DNA of 64,000 nt from Patescibacteria group bacterium UBA6241 (GCA_002441425.1 DJWB01000001.1:298712-362711), one strand, 5' to 3'; shown: positions 38,030 to 49,347, counted from the first letter of the stretch. The notes: generated from the sequence alone by a model not told the origin. Program-made: numbers and translations.

Positions 38030-39313
38030 TTAGTAACTCTTCAGTCTCCTACTCTTGTCATGCGTTCTAATCTTTTCAAGAGCTTTAGCCTCAATCTGGC
38101 GAATACGCTCGCGCGTAACTCCAAACTCTTTTCCTACCTCTTCAAGGGTGTGATAGACCCCATCAAGAAGTCCGTGACGCATCTCAAGAATCTTTCGCTC
38201 CTTAGGGCTAAGATCTTCAAGGATATCGCGAACTTGTTCACCAAGAATACGTTCTGAAGACTCCTGTACTGGAGATGGTATCTTATCGTCCGCAATAAAG
38301 TCTCCAAGAGTTGAACGATCATCATCATCTGATCCAATAGGATTCTCAAGTGATAGTGTATCCTGATTAATCTTCTCAATCTGATAGATTTTATCTACCT
38401 CAACACCCATCTCAACTGCAATCTCTTCAGGCTGTGCATCACGTCCAAGTACCTGAGAAAGTCGTCTTGAAACTTGCTTGTACTTAGCAATGGTCTCAAC
38501 CATGTGCACAGGGATACGAATGGTACGAGACTGGTCTGCAAGTGCGCGAGTTATAGCCTGGCGAATCCACCACGTCGCATACGTTGAGAACTTGAATCCC
38601 TTATTCCAATCAAACTTATCAACGGCTTTGAACAAGCCAAGATTTCCTTCCTGAATAAGGTCTAGGAGTGTGAGGTCTGGAGAGCGACCTACATACTTCT
38701 TTGCGATAGATACAACGAGACGAAGGTTGGAACGCGCAAGAATATTGCGTGCTTCGTCATCCCCGCGCTCAATACGCTGAGCAAGCTCACGCTCTTCAGC
38801 TGCAGTTAGAAGTGGGTACTGTCCAATCTCACGCAGATAAATCTGTATAGAATCATACGCAGCTGAATCTCTTCCTTTAATGTTGCGAGTTGCGAGGTAC
38901 TGATCTGTAGCATCCTCAAGCATACCTCCCTCCAAAATATCAATGCCTGCAATAGTGAAGCGCTCGTATAGCTCATCCAAGAACATGATGTCGTCCTCAA
39001 CATGAGGAAACTCCTTGAGGATCTCACTGTAGGTGATGTACCCGCGCTCCTTACCTTTCTTAATAAGCATTTCTGCCTTATCAAGCTTCTGTGCAGCAGC
39101 TTTTGCTTTAGCACCCTTAGCTGCAGCGCGTACTACATTCTTAATCTGTTCCTTCTTTACAGGCTTCTTTGCTGGAGTCTTTTTTGCAGCAACTTTCTTA
39201 ACAGTCTTTTTAGCAACTGGTTTCTTTGCAACCTTTTTAGGTGCAGTCTTCTTTACTGCCTTTTTAGCAGCAACTTTCTTAACTACCTTCTTTGCAGGTT
39301 TCTTTGGGGCCAT
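38030..39313 (-). CDS. rpoD: RNA polymerase sigma-70 factor RpoD with Lys/Ala-rich N-terminal extension
   Basis: Regions 2-4 are conserved ('[13 protein letters not shown]', '[20 protein letters not shown]'). The N-terminal ~80 aa are [15 protein letters not shown] repeats. Confidence 0.9.
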   Translation of the reverse strand: MAPKKPAKKVVKKVAAKKAVKKTAPKKVAKKPVAKKTVKKVAAKKTPAKKPVKKEQIKNVVRAAAKGAKAKAAAQKLDKAEMLIKKGKERGYITYSEILKEFPHVEDDIMFLDELYERFTIAGIDILEGGMLEDATDQYLATRNIKGRDSAAYDSIQIYLREIGQYPLLTAAEERELAQRIERGDDEARNILARSNLRLVVSIAKKYVGRSPDLTLLDLIQEGNLGLFKAVDKFDWNKGFKFSTYATWWIRQAITRALADQSRTIRIPVHMVETIAKYKQVSRRLSQVLGRDAQPEEIAVEMGVEVDKIYQIEKINQDTLSLENPIGSDDDDRSTLGDFIADDKIPSPVQESSERILGEQVRDILEDLSPKERKILEMRHGLLDGVYHTLEEVGKEFGVTRERIRQIEAKALEKIRTHDKSRRLKSY

Positions 39314-39346
39314 GGAATTGTGAAGAAAAGTGAATAATGGAAAACA

Positions 39347-41020
39347 CTATGTAAAAGTGGCAAGCGCCTGTGCGAGAGAGCGGCATTCTTCACTCGCTTC
39401 TTGTATTTCTTTCTTGTTTTGAGAGGCTTCCGCTACGCGAAGACGCACGGTTGCGTCACCAAGACGCTCCGTGAGGATTGTTTTCTCAAACACTGTTATG
39501 AGGTCGTCCGCCGCCAATTCTTCCGGTGCCTCGCCATAAGCGATCCCTGCCTCGAATATAACCTGTTCGGGAGGAGGCTCGTCCGGAAACGGTGCGCCGA
39601 TAATACGAGCGTACGCGTCCTTGAGCCGTTTTGCAAGTGCTGTTTCAGGATAACAAGCAACTAGGGCACGCATTGAGAGGTCCAAACTCACACTTGTGCG
39701 TGAGGCCTCCTTCTTTGGGGCTACTACAGCGGGTATGGGCTTTTTCTCCTCCCCTTCCTTAGGCAGGCGCGCAAGTGCCTGGCGGAGCGCTTCTGGTGTA
39801 GATCCAAGACGCTGTGCAGCAATACCAACGAAGTGCTCTCGCTCCATGGGGCTTTGAATTGCAGCTATCAAGGGGAGTACCACTTGCTCCGCCTTAATAA
39901 TAAGACGGTGTGAGTCCTTTTCGCTTTCAGAGAGTACAGAAAGGAAGAACTCAATAATAGGAAGCGCCTCAGACACACGCTTAGTAAACTCCTTCGGATC
40001 TTCCGTTGCTAAATCTGCCGGATCCTTTCCTTCAGGCAAGCGCACTGCCTTTACGCGAAGTCCTGCCTTAAGCGCAACAAGTGCACTCTTCATAGAAGCG
40101 TTCAGTCCTGCCCTATCGCTATCAAGCGCAAGCATAAGATTGTCTGCGTACCGCTTAATAAGACTCAGATGGGTTGGGGTGAGAGCCGTTCCTGAAAGCG
40201 CAACGGTATTTGTAAATCCAATCTGATGCAGTATAAGGAGATCCATCTGTCCCTCAACAAGCAGTGCAAACCCTCTCGTACGTATCGCATCCTTTGCTTT
40301 GTGCATGCCAAAAAGAATCTCAGACTTCCTGTATAGTTCTGTCTCCGGAGAATTGAGATACTTTGCCTGATCGTTTGGATCAAGTGCTCTGCCCGTAAAC
40401 GCAACCGTACGGCCTGCAGTATCCTGTATCGGAAACATAAGTCTGTTCCTAAAGCGGTCGTACCATGTTCCCTTCTTCTCATCAGCTTCTTTTATGAGTC
40501 CCGCAGCAACTAATTCCTCCGTGCTGAACCCAGATGCACTCAAAGATTCAAGCACAGTACGCCACGCATCCGGAGCGAATCCTAAATTCCAATCTTTAAT
40601 GCTCTTCTCGGACAACCCTCTAGACCGCGCGTATGTATATGCATCTCCTTTTGAATCAAGCAAAGAAGTATACAAAGCCTGTGCGCGTGACATTGCTTCA
40701 TACAGCCGGTCCTGTTTTCCCTTGTCTTGTTTGCTTCCGGTATACACCATTTCAACCCCTGCTTTCTCAGCAAGAATCTTGAGCGCCCCCTTAAAATCAA
40801 CACCTTCCATCTTCTGCACGAACTCAAACTGGTCTCCGCCTTGTCCTGAAGAGAAACAATAGTACGTTCCGCGTTCAGGATTTACATAGAATGAAGGGGT
40901 CTTCTCCTTGTTAAAAGGAGAGAGGCCTTTATAGTTGCGGCCCGATTTTGTGAGCTTTACGTAGGGTGCAACAACCTCAAGAATGGAGAGTTTTTCCTTT
41001 ATTTTCTGGACAGTATCCAT
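39347..41020 (-). CDS. dnaG: DNA primase
   Basis: CHC2 zinc finger ('SPFNKEKTPSFYVNPERGTYYCFSSGQGGD') and TOPRIM domain. Start assigned to the internal MDTVQK Met. Confidence 0.85.
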   Translation of the reverse strand: MDTVQKIKEKLSILEVVAPYVKLTKSGRNYKGLSPFNKEKTPSFYVNPERGTYYCFSSGQGGDQFEFVQKMEGVDFKGALKILAEKAGVEMVYTGSKQDKGKQDRLYEAMSRAQALYTSLLDSKGDAYTYARSRGLSEKSIKDWNLGFAPDAWRTVLESLSASGFSTEELVAAGLIKEADEKKGTWYDRFRNRLMFPIQDTAGRTVAFTGRALDPNDQAKYLNSPETELYRKSEILFGMHKAKDAIRTRGFALLVEGQMDLLILHQIGFTNTVALSGTALTPTHLSLIKRYADNLMLALDSDRAGLNASMKSALVALKAGLRVKAVRLPEGKDPADLATEDPKEFTKRVSEALPIIEFFLSVLSESEKDSHRLIIKAEQVVLPLIAAIQSPMEREHFVGIAAQRLGSTPEALRQALARLPKEGEEKKPIPAVVAPKKEASRTSVSLDLSMRALVACYPETALAKRLKDAYARIIGAPFPDEPPPEQVIFEAGIAYGEAPEELAADDLITVFEKTILTERLGDATVRLRVAEASQNKKEIQEASEECRSLAQALATFT

Positions 41021-41144
41021 GGATAGCTCTAGTGTACCGTATCTTAGATTCCTTAGCCTTACGCACGGGAAGTTTGCTAATTCCATAAAAGTGAAGTACA
41101 AAAGTTCATACGTTCCTTCTATCTGTCCTTAGAGAGGCCTTGAA

Positions 41145-41594
41145 ATGGCAAACTTTGTCCATGTCTATAGGCCTTGCGGGATTCTTATATATCTTCGCGG
41201 CCTACAAGAAGACAGCGAGTGCTGCGTGATACCGTACCAGCACTCTCTGCAGCTTGCGATCGCCGATAGCATCGTACAGCAAAGAAGGCGGATGCTTCCT
41301 CAGGAGCTTACATTCCTGAGAATGCATCTGAATCTCACCAGAAAGGAGTTTGCTTCCCTCTTTGGAGTTACGAAAGCTGAAGTTGTTGAGTGGGAGCTTG
41401 GATCAAAAACTCCAAGAATATCCCACGAGGCGGGCCTCCGGCGCTACATCTTCACTTCTCGCTTCAGAAAGGCACCAGACGCAAGCGAACTTCTCAGTTG
41501 GAATGCGCAGGTGAAGAATCCAGAAGATCTCTACTATATCTTTGACGCTTCATCTCCACCAAGTTACAGATTAATCAGGACCCCTACCGTATAA
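41145..41594 (+). CDS. Hypothetical protein with XRE-like HTH
   Basis: 'LTRKEFASLFGVTKAEVVEWELG' HTH segment. The true start may be internal. Confidence 0.35.
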   Translation: MANFVHVYRPCGILIYLRGLQEDSECCVIPYQHSLQLAIADSIVQQRRRMLPQELTFLRMHLNLTRKEFASLFGVTKAEVVEWELGSKTPRISHEAGLRRYIFTSRFRKAPDASELLSWNAQVKNPEDLYYIFDASSPPSYRLIRTPTV

Positions 41595-41614
41595 GTGGGG
41601 TCCTTTTTATATGC

Positions 41615-41648
41615 AAAATCCCTCTCATTTCTGAGAGGGATTTTGCAA
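41615..41648. terminator. Bidirectional rho-independent terminator
   Basis: AAAATCCCTCTCA-tttc-TGAGAGGGATTTTG downstream of rpoC (minus strand) and the HTH ORF (plus strand). Confidence 0.75.
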
Positions 41649-41665
41649 CCTGAACGGTCTTTAGA

Positions 41666-44600
41666 TTATGCAGCGGGTTCCTCTGCAAGACGCTCTACCT
41701 CAAGGGCACGCATCTGTGCAGCTCGTCTTTGCTGCATTCCATCAATCGCAGCGTGCTTCTTAGAGCCGTTGAATCCAGTTCCTGCTGGAATAAGGCGTCC
41801 AAGAATAACGTTCTCCTTAAGACCGCGAAGTGTATCAACCGATCCCTTTAGAGATGCGTTGATAAGAATCTTCGTAGTCTGCTCAAAGGACGCAGCTGAG
41901 AGGAATGAGCGACGAGAAAGTGCAGACTCCTTGATACCAAGCACCATTTCGCGTGCCTTTGGTGCAATCTTGCCCTCTCCCTCCATCTCCTTAACCTCTT
42001 CCTCAAACTCCCACTGCTCAACTACATCTCCAACAGAGTAATCTGAATCACCTGTCTCTGTAATCTTTGCACGTGAGAACATCTGCTTCACCACAACTTC
42101 CAAGTGCTTGCGGGATACAGATGCACCCTGTAGCTCATAGATCTTGCTGGTCTCAGCAATGATGTACTCCTGAACTGCGGCGCGGCCGGCGCGCTCAAAC
42201 AATTCATCAAGGTCTGCAGAACCATCAGAAAGGAATTGTCCCTTCACTACAGTCTGGCCCTCCTTAACAAGTGCCTGACGAGGATAGGTAAGTACGTACT
42301 CAGTGTTAGAGCCATCCTTCTTACCCTGTCCAGCCTCTGGAGTTACCACAACAACCTTGTCTCTGCCTTGCTCGCGGATCTCCGCAATCAAGCCATCAAA
42401 CTTAGATATTGCTGCGGCATTCTTTGGAGAGCGCTTCTCAAACACTTCCTCAATACGAGGAAGACCTGAGGTAATGTCTCCACCCACAGATGCAGTTCCT
42501 CCAGCGTGGAAGGTACGCATAGTGAGCTGCGTTCCTGGCTCACCAATAGCCTGTGCTGCAATGGTTCCTACTGCCTCTCCAAGATCAACTGGGAGCTGCG
42601 TAGAGAGATCCATTCCGTAACACGTGCCACAGATACCATAGCGAGTCTCACATGCCATTGGAGAACGAACAGACACGCTTGATACAGATTCGTCTGCAGC
42701 AATAGTCTGCGCATCCTCAGCTGAAAGATAGGTTCCCTTCTTAAAGCCTGCAACCTCAAGCGCAAGCGTGCGTCCGCGAATCGCTTCAGCGAAATCAATC
42801 TTGATTCCTGATGCTGATACGCGATTGATTGCAACGCCACGCTTCGTACCACAATCCTTCTCAGTGATGATTGAGTCCTGTGCTACGTCAAACAAGCGAC
42901 GAGTAAGGTATCCTGCGCGTGCAGTTCCAAGCGCGGTGTCAGTAAGACCCTTACGTGCACCGTGTGTGGACATGAAGTACTCAACTGGGTTAAGTCCCTC
43001 AGTCATTGAAGACACAATCGGCACTTCAATGGTCTCTCCCGCAGTGTTCTGGATCAGACCCTTCATACCAGCCATCTGGGTTAGGTTTCCGATAGAACCA
43101 CGAGCACCGGAGCGTACCATGTCATGCACAGATCCTGTTGGATCAAGCGCGTCTTCAACAAGCTTCTCTACCTCAGTCTTAGCACCGTGCCAGACTTCAA
43201 TAACCATGCGGCGCTTCTCTTCCTCAGAGAGAAGTCCGTCCTGGAAGTCTCCCTCAATACGCTCAACCTTAGTACGTGCTGCGGTTACAATTGCCCCCTT
43301 TCCTTCAGGAACAGACACGTCATCAAGAGACCATGAGACACCAGACTTAGTGGCGTACTCAAAGCCGAAACGCTTCACCTTGTTTACGATTCCCGGTACT
43401 GCATCAATGCCGTATTTATCAATACAGTCATTCATGATGCCAGTGATCACCTTCTTGCTGATTGCGTCATTCACGAACGGGTAGTCAGCAGGAAGCACGG
43501 TGTTGAACAAGAGACGTCCTACGGTTGTCTCAAAGATTCCGTCACCCATAACTGAGTACTTAGCCTTTCCTGCAACCGGAAGAACGTTAATTACAGCTCG
43601 TAGATCAACTGCCCCGTACTCATGTGCGAGAATCGCAGCGTTTGGAGACTGGAAGTAGTTTCCTTCTCCCTTAGATCCTGGCATAGCCTTTGTAAGCCAG
43701 TAGGTTCCAAGCACGATATCAAGCGGCTTCTGCGTCATAACAATCATTTCGCCAGAACCTGGCTTGAGAATGTTCTTGTTTGCAGACATAACGTTTGCAG
43801 CCTCCCACTGTGCTTCTTCTGAAAGCGGTACGTGGATCGCCATCTGGTCTCCGTCAAAGTCCGCGTTGAACGCAGGACATACGAGCGGGTGAAGCTGGAT
43901 CGCATCACCTTCAATAAGACGAGGACGGAATGCCTGAATACCCTGACGGTGCAGTGTTGGCGCGCGGTTAAGCAATACGTGCTTGCCCTGAATCGCCTCT
44001 TCAAGAATCTCCCATACCTCAGCAACTCCATCTTCAATCAAGCGACCCGCACCACGGATGTTGAACGCAAGCTCGCGCTGCAAGAGTCCTGCAATAACGA
44101 ATGGGCGGAAAAGCTCAAGTGCCATGTGCTTTGGAAGACCACACTCATCAAGCTCCAAATCAGGTCCCACTACAATTACTGAGCGGCCTGAGTAGTCCAC
44201 ACGCTTTCCAAGCAAGTTCTGTCGGAAGTATCCCTGCTTACCCTTAAGGTAGTCAGCGAGTGACTTAAGCGGACGGCGCTGTGATGGCGTGAGTGCTCCT
44301 GCTGACGCTCCTCCCTTGCGGATTGAGTTGTCTAGCAATGCATCAACTGCCTCCTGAAGAATACGCTTCTCGTTGCGGAGAATAACTTCAGGTGCATGAA
44401 TATCAAGCAACTTCTTAAGACGGTTGTTGCGGTTGATAACACGGCGATACAGATCGTTAACGTCTGAGGTTGCGTGTCGTCCTCCTTCAAGTGCCACCAT
44501 CGGGCGAAGTGCCGGAGGAATAACTGGGATCTTCGTGAGGAACATCCATTCAGGACGTACCTTTGATGCAATCATTGAAGAGATGAGCGAGATACGCTTT

Positions 44601-45382
44601 GCAAGCTTCTCACGCTCAGCTGCTGCTGCCTTTGGATAACGCTCCTCAAGCGTTGCCTTGAGGTCCTCAAGCTTAAGAGTGCGGAAGATATCGTAGATAG
44701 CCTCAGCTCCAATCTTTGCCTCAAAGAGAGTTCCGTAACGAACTGAGAAGCGGTGGTACTGCACTTCATCAAATACCTTTCCAACAACCACGCTCTCAAT
44801 CTCGTTCTTCGCTACAGTCATCTTCTCCTTAAGCGTGTCGCGCTCTTGGTCAGTTGCTGCTGCCTTGTGCTTAGTCTTGTACTCGTTCTCAAGCTCAGCA
44901 AGGATGCGCTTCTTCACGTCTTCAGCGACTTTCGTCACAATGTACCCCGCAAAGTACACAACCTTCTCCAAGTCTGCAGAAGGAATACCAAGAATAAGTG
45001 CCATGCGGCTTGGCATGGAGCGAAGGAACCAGATGTGCGCTACAGGTGTAACGAGCTCAATGTGGCCCATACGCTCACGACGCACAATTGAACGGGTGAT
45101 TTCAACACCACACTTGTCACACACAATACCCTTGTAACGGATACCTTTGTACTTTCCGCAGTAACACTCGTAATCACGCTCAGGACCAAAGATCTTTTCG
45201 TCAAAGAGTCCGTGCTTCTCAGAGCGCTGGGTGCGGTAGTTAATTGTCTCTGGTTTCGTGATTTCTCCACGAGACCACGACAGGATGCGCTCAGGTGAAG
45301 CGAGCGATAGGCGAAGCGCGTTCCAATCTAGGGAACGTGGTGCCATCGGACGCTTTCCGGAGGAATTCATGGGAGTTGCCAT
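41666..45382 (-). CDS. rpoC: DNA-directed RNA polymerase subunit beta'
   Basis: Zn-binding CX2C motifs, 'NADFDGDQM' catalytic loop, 1238 aa. Confidence 0.95.
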   Translation of the reverse strand: MATPMNSSGKRPMAPRSLDWNALRLSLASPERILSWSRGEITKPETINYRTQRSEKHGLFDEKIFGPERDYECYCGKYKGIRYKGIVCDKCGVEITRSIVRRERMGHIELVTPVAHIWFLRSMPSRMALILGIPSADLEKVVYFAGYIVTKVAEDVKKRILAELENEYKTKHKAAATDQERDTLKEKMTVAKNEIESVVVGKVFDEVQYHRFSVRYGTLFEAKIGAEAIYDIFRTLKLEDLKATLEERYPKAAAAEREKLAKRISLISSMIASKVRPEWMFLTKIPVIPPALRPMVALEGGRHATSDVNDLYRRVINRNNRLKKLLDIHAPEVILRNEKRILQEAVDALLDNSIRKGGASAGALTPSQRRPLKSLADYLKGKQGYFRQNLLGKRVDYSGRSVIVVGPDLELDECGLPKHMALELFRPFVIAGLLQRELAFNIRGAGRLIEDGVAEVWEILEEAIQGKHVLLNRAPTLHRQGIQAFRPRLIEGDAIQLHPLVCPAFNADFDGDQMAIHVPLSEEAQWEAANVMSANKNILKPGSGEMIVMTQKPLDIVLGTYWLTKAMPGSKGEGNYFQSPNAAILAHEYGAVDLRAVINVLPVAGKAKYSVMGDGIFETTVGRLLFNTVLPADYPFVNDAISKKVITGIMNDCIDKYGIDAVPGIVNKVKRFGFEYATKSGVSWSLDDVSVPEGKGAIVTAARTKVERIEGDFQDGLLSEEEKRRMVIEVWHGAKTEVEKLVEDALDPTGSVHDMVRSGARGSIGNLTQMAGMKGLIQNTAGETIEVPIVSSMTEGLNPVEYFMSTHGARKGLTDTALGTARAGYLTRRLFDVAQDSIITEKDCGTKRGVAINRVSASGIKIDFAEAIRGRTLALEVAGFKKGTYLSAEDAQTIAADESVSSVSVRSPMACETRYGICGTCYGMDLSTQLPVDLGEAVGTIAAQAIGEPGTQLTMRTFHAGGTASVGGDITSGLPRIEEVFEKRSPKNAAAISKFDGLIAEIREQGRDKVVVVTPEAGQGKKDGSNTEYVLTYPRQALVKEGQTVVKGQFLSDGSADLDELFERAGRAAVQEYIIAETSKIYELQGASVSRKHLEVVVKQMFSRAKITETGDSDYSVGDVVEQWEFEEEVKEMEGEGKIAPKAREMVLGIKESALSRRSFLSAASFEQTTKILINASLKGSVDTLRGLKENVILGRLIPAGTGFNGSKKHAAIDGMQQRRAAQMRALEVERLAEEPAA

Positions 45383-45397
45383 ATTAGTTCAAGAGGA

Positions 45398-48300
45398 TTA
45401 GACGTCCGATCGGCCTTCCATAGGCTCTATATCAAGAGCAAGACCGCGGATCTGATTAGTAAGTACTGCGAACGATGCAGGAGTTCCCGCATGCGATACA
45501 GGCTCACCCTTCACGATGGCATCAAAGGTCGCAGAGCGTCCCTGAATATCATCAGACTTAATGGTGAGCATCTCACGGAGTGTGTAGGCAGCTCCATATC
45601 CAAGGAGCGCCCACACTTCCATTTCTCCAAAGCGCTGTCCTCCGTTCTGTGCCTTTCCTCCAAGCGGCTGCTGGGTGATAAGGCTGTACGGACCGATTGA
45701 GCGCATGTGGATCTTGTCCTCCACCATGTGATGCAGCTTGAGCACATACATGTAGCCCACTGATATTGGCTGCGCAAAGGCTTCTCCAGTGCGGCCATCA
45801 AAGAGCTTCATCTTGCCTGAGCGATCAAACCCTGCTGCCTCAAGCTCTCCACGAATCTCGTCAGCAGTTGCTCCTGCAAACGGAGGAACAATAGCCTGAT
45901 AGTTAAGGGTGTGTGCTGCAAGACCAAGGTGAAGCTCAAGAATCTGTCCAAGGTTCATACGTGAAGGCACACCAAGTGGAGTCAAAATGATGTCCACTGG
46001 ATTTCCGTCCTTGTCGTATGGCATGTCCTCAACAGGAAGCACGCGAGAGATAACTCCCTTGTTTCCGTGACGTCCTGCGAGCTTGTCTCCCACTGATACG
46101 TTACGAACCTGCGCTACCGTTACGACAATCTTCTTGATGATGCCGCTCTCAAGCTGGTCTCCCTGCTCGCGACTGAAGACGCGTACGCCGATAACACGGC
46201 CACGCTTTCCTCCCTCCATACGAAGTGAGGTGTCTTTCACGTCTTTCGCCTTATCTCCGAAGATAGAACGAAGGAGTCGCTCTTCAGGAGTGAGCTGCGT
46301 CTCTCCCTTAGGAGTTACCTTTCCAACGAGAATGTCTCCAGGACGTACTTCAGCTCCAATGCGCACTACTCCTTCCTCATCAAGGTTCTTCAAACGAAGT
46401 TCTCCAACGTTAGGAATGTCGTGTGTGGTTACCTCAGCACCAAGCTTGGTGTCACGCACTGCACACTCAAAGTCCTCAATGTGAACGGTGGTGAACTTAG
46501 ACTCTTCAACAAGACGCTCAGACACGATAATCGCGTCCTCATAGTTAGCGCCGCTCCAGCTCATGAATGCAACACGAACGTTCTGTCCGAGTGCCATCTG
46601 TCCCTGGTCTGATGAAGAAGCGTCTCCAAGTACGTCTCCCTTCTTAACCTTGTCTCCTGTCTTTACGATAGGACGCTGCATGAATGCAGAGTTCTGGTTG
46701 GTCTGAGTAAGACCCTGAAGCTTATACTCATGATCCTTTCCACTTGCAGGAGTAACAATAATGCGACGTGCATCTGCATATGACACAGTACCCGCTTCCT
46801 CAGCAATAATGAGACGACCTGTGTTACGTGCTGCATGTCCTTCAATACCCGTAGCAACGAGCGGTGCCTCTGGAATGAGAACCGGTGTTGCCTGCTTCTG
46901 CATGTTTGAACCCATGAGTGCACGGTTCGCATCATCATGATCCACGAAAGGAATCATCGCTGTTGCAGCTGAGAACATCTGATACGTAGACGCATCAATG
47001 TAATCAATCTCATCGCGATGAACCACAGCTGGCTCTCCTCCCTTACGAGCTTCAATAGTGTCAGGGATAATTCGTCCCTTAGCGTCAACAGGAGTTGCTG
47101 CGTGCGCTATTACATGTGACTCCTCATCAAGCGCGTTGAGGTACTCAATTTCTTCAGTAACAGTTCCCTTGGTTACCTTTGCATACGGAGTTTCAATAAC
47201 ACCGAACTCGTTCGTACGCGCATGGAGTGCGAGACGAAGGATAAGACCAATGTTTGCTCCTTCAGGAGTGTGAATTGGGCAGAGACGTCCGTAGTGCGAT
47301 GGGTGCACGTCGCGCACCTCAAAGCCTGCACGCTCGCGAGTTAGACCTCCCGGTCCAAGCGCTGAAAGCGTACGCATGTTCTCAAGCTCAGCAAGAATGT
47401 TCTGCTGATCCATGAACTGTGAGAGCTGGTTAGCAGTGAAGAACTCACGCACTGAAGCAGATAGTGGACGGGGGTTCACAAATGCCATTGGCAATGAAGT
47501 CTCAGACTCAATCGTAGACATGCGGTCCTGGATGTTTCGCTTCATGCGAGACATACCAACGCGCATACGTGCCTGGAGCAATTCTCCAACGAAACGCACA
47601 CGGCGGAAGCCGAGGTGATCAATATCGTCAGGAACAGCGTTCGGGTCCTGGTTCATGCGTGCGATCTCTCCAACGATGCGAAGAAGATCGTCCAGAGTTA
47701 GTGCGCGCTGCTCAAGTGACTTCTTGTCTGTAGGAAGAGAGAAACGAGCGTTCAAGCGATGGCGTCCAACCTTTGAGAGGTCATAGCGATCAGCAGCAAA
47801 GAGTGCGTTCACATACTGCTTTGCGTTGTCTGGGGTCGCCAAATCACCGTCGCGCATGCGGCGGTGTATTTCAACATATGCGTCCTCAACACTCTGTGCG
47901 GTGTCGTGCGCGAGTGTTGCTGTAAGTGCATTGGTTCCTACTTCGTCCCCAATGAACTTCTTTAGAATGTCTTCGCGGGTTCCAGCGCCAAATACGCTAA
48001 GAAGGTGCGTAACAGGGAATTTACGTTTGCGATCAATCTTAACGAAGATTGCACCGTCTGAATCTGATTCAATCTCAATCCATACACCACGTGCAGGAAT
48101 AATCTTCGCTCCAAAGAAGTTGCGTCCCTTAGTCTCCTCCGCAACAAAGAATGCACCGAATGAACGAGCAAGCTGAGGCACGATAGCGCGCTCAACTCCA
48201 GATACGATGAAGCTACCGTGTGGCGTCATCATCGGAATATCAGAGAGGAAAATCTCCTGAGTCTTCTCTGAACCAAAGGTCTTGTTTACGAGTGTAACTG

Positions 48301-48571
48301 AAGCCTTAAGTGGAGCTTCGTAGGTACGCATGTTCTCGCGCGCTTCCTCTTCAGTTCCTTTAGGATCACCCACCTCAAATCCGTCAAAGCGGAGTTCAAA
48401 TTTCTTTCCTGAATAATCTTGGACTGGAGAGAACTCCTTAAAGAGCTCCTTGATTCCATCGGCCAAAAGCCAATTGAAAGATTCCCGCTGGTGGCCTACC
48501 AGGTCAGGAAACTCAACACGCGGAGCGCGGTATGCGCCGAATGTCTTTGGCACGAGCTTTTTTTGCTGCAT
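45398..48571 (-). CDS. rpoB: DNA-directed RNA polymerase subunit beta
   Basis: Conserved rpoB blocks ('GEMEVWAL', 'FGEMEV'). 1057 aa. Lies immediately upstream of rpoC. Confidence 0.95.
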   Translation of the reverse strand: MQQKKLVPKTFGAYRAPRVEFPDLVGHQRESFNWLLADGIKELFKEFSPVQDYSGKKFELRFDGFEVGDPKGTEEEARENMRTYEAPLKASVTLVNKTFGSEKTQEIFLSDIPMMTPHGSFIVSGVERAIVPQLARSFGAFFVAEETKGRNFFGAKIIPARGVWIEIESDSDGAIFVKIDRKRKFPVTHLLSVFGAGTREDILKKFIGDEVGTNALTATLAHDTAQSVEDAYVEIHRRMRDGDLATPDNAKQYVNALFAADRYDLSKVGRHRLNARFSLPTDKKSLEQRALTLDDLLRIVGEIARMNQDPNAVPDDIDHLGFRRVRFVGELLQARMRVGMSRMKRNIQDRMSTIESETSLPMAFVNPRPLSASVREFFTANQLSQFMDQQNILAELENMRTLSALGPGGLTRERAGFEVRDVHPSHYGRLCPIHTPEGANIGLILRLALHARTNEFGVIETPYAKVTKGTVTEEIEYLNALDEESHVIAHAATPVDAKGRIIPDTIEARKGGEPAVVHRDEIDYIDASTYQMFSAATAMIPFVDHDDANRALMGSNMQKQATPVLIPEAPLVATGIEGHAARNTGRLIIAEEAGTVSYADARRIIVTPASGKDHEYKLQGLTQTNQNSAFMQRPIVKTGDKVKKGDVLGDASSSDQGQMALGQNVRVAFMSWSGANYEDAIIVSERLVEESKFTTVHIEDFECAVRDTKLGAEVTTHDIPNVGELRLKNLDEEGVVRIGAEVRPGDILVGKVTPKGETQLTPEERLLRSIFGDKAKDVKDTSLRMEGGKRGRVIGVRVFSREQGDQLESGIIKKIVVTVAQVRNVSVGDKLAGRHGNKGVISRVLPVEDMPYDKDGNPVDIILTPLGVPSRMNLGQILELHLGLAAHTLNYQAIVPPFAGATADEIRGELEAAGFDRSGKMKLFDGRTGEAFAQPISVGYMYVLKLHHMVEDKIHMRSIGPYSLITQQPLGGKAQNGGQRFGEMEVWALLGYGAAYTLREMLTIKSDDIQGRSATFDAIVKGEPVSHAGTPASFAVLTNQIRGLALDIEPMEGRSDV

Positions 48572-48807
48572 GTCAGGTCTGTATTATCTGGCCCCAAACG
48601 CCAAACGGGCTCATGTATGCATGAGCCGCGTCCCTCGTTATGGAGACGCTGTTTTTAAAATCGCACTTGGTTTTCTCTTCCCCTCTATCCCCCGTTACTC
48701 AATCTCGTTCCCTAAATATACCGTGAAGACACAGAAGCGGTCAAGGTGGCTGTGGAAAGGAAAAAGCGACCCTCCGAAGAGAGCCGCTTGGGGATTGCGA
48801 GATGCAA

Positions 48808-49347
48808 TCAAGATGCGGTTCGCATGGTCCAGCGCGCGGGCAGCCGAACGAAGGGTCCCCGCGGAGCGGTCTTCATCGCGAGCCAGGTGAGGCCGGCGAT
48901 GACGACGCACCCCGAGGCCACACTGCGATCGGTGGCGACCAGATAGTGCACCAGGACCATGCCGATGATCGGCAGGCCGAGCGTGCGATAGATCCGGCCC
49001 ACGTCGCGCCAGCCGATGCGCTCGCAGGTGCACGCACCTTGCGCATAAATGGCGACCGCAGTTGCCAGCATCAGGCCGAGCGAAACCGCGAAGGTGAACA
49101 TCCCCATCCACAGACTTCCGTCGGTGGGCATGGACGCCACGCTCATGGTCAGGAACGAGAAGGCGTAGGGCGTCGGCCCCTTGCCCATATCCGTCCAGCT
49201 GCTGGCCGTGTCGGTCTGAAGGAAGAAGCACAGGAAGAGCGCCGCAATCGCGATGCCCGTCAGGATAATTCCGCTCAGATCGTCCTGGCCGATGAGAAGC
49301 GCAGCAAAGATGCCGCACGCTCCCAGAAACAGTGCATGTAGTCGCAT
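48808..49347 (-). CDS. Small polytopic membrane protein encoded in a ~65% GC island
   Basis: Hydrophobic six-helix ORF. Assigned start is the second Met (MRLHALF), which is preceded by GGGGGA. The +1 and +2 frames give Arg/His-rich nonsense, so this frame is the real one. Confidence 0.5.
   Translation of the reverse strand: MRLHALFLGACGIFAALLIGQDDLSGIILTGIAIAALFLCFFLQTDTASSWTDMGKGPTPYAFSFLTMSVASMPTDGSLWMGMFTFAVSLGLMLATAVAIYAQGACTCERIGWRDVGRIYRTLGLPIIGMVLVHYLVATDRSVASGCVVIAGLTWLAMKTAPRGPFVRLPARWTMRTAS

Noticed and set aside
41595-48571. Dozens of 60-240-aa ORFs on both strands inside rpoB/rpoC (for example 42768..43484, 46083..46484)
   Set aside because: They are embedded in and out of frame with unambiguous RNA polymerase subunit genes, and none has a recognisable motif.
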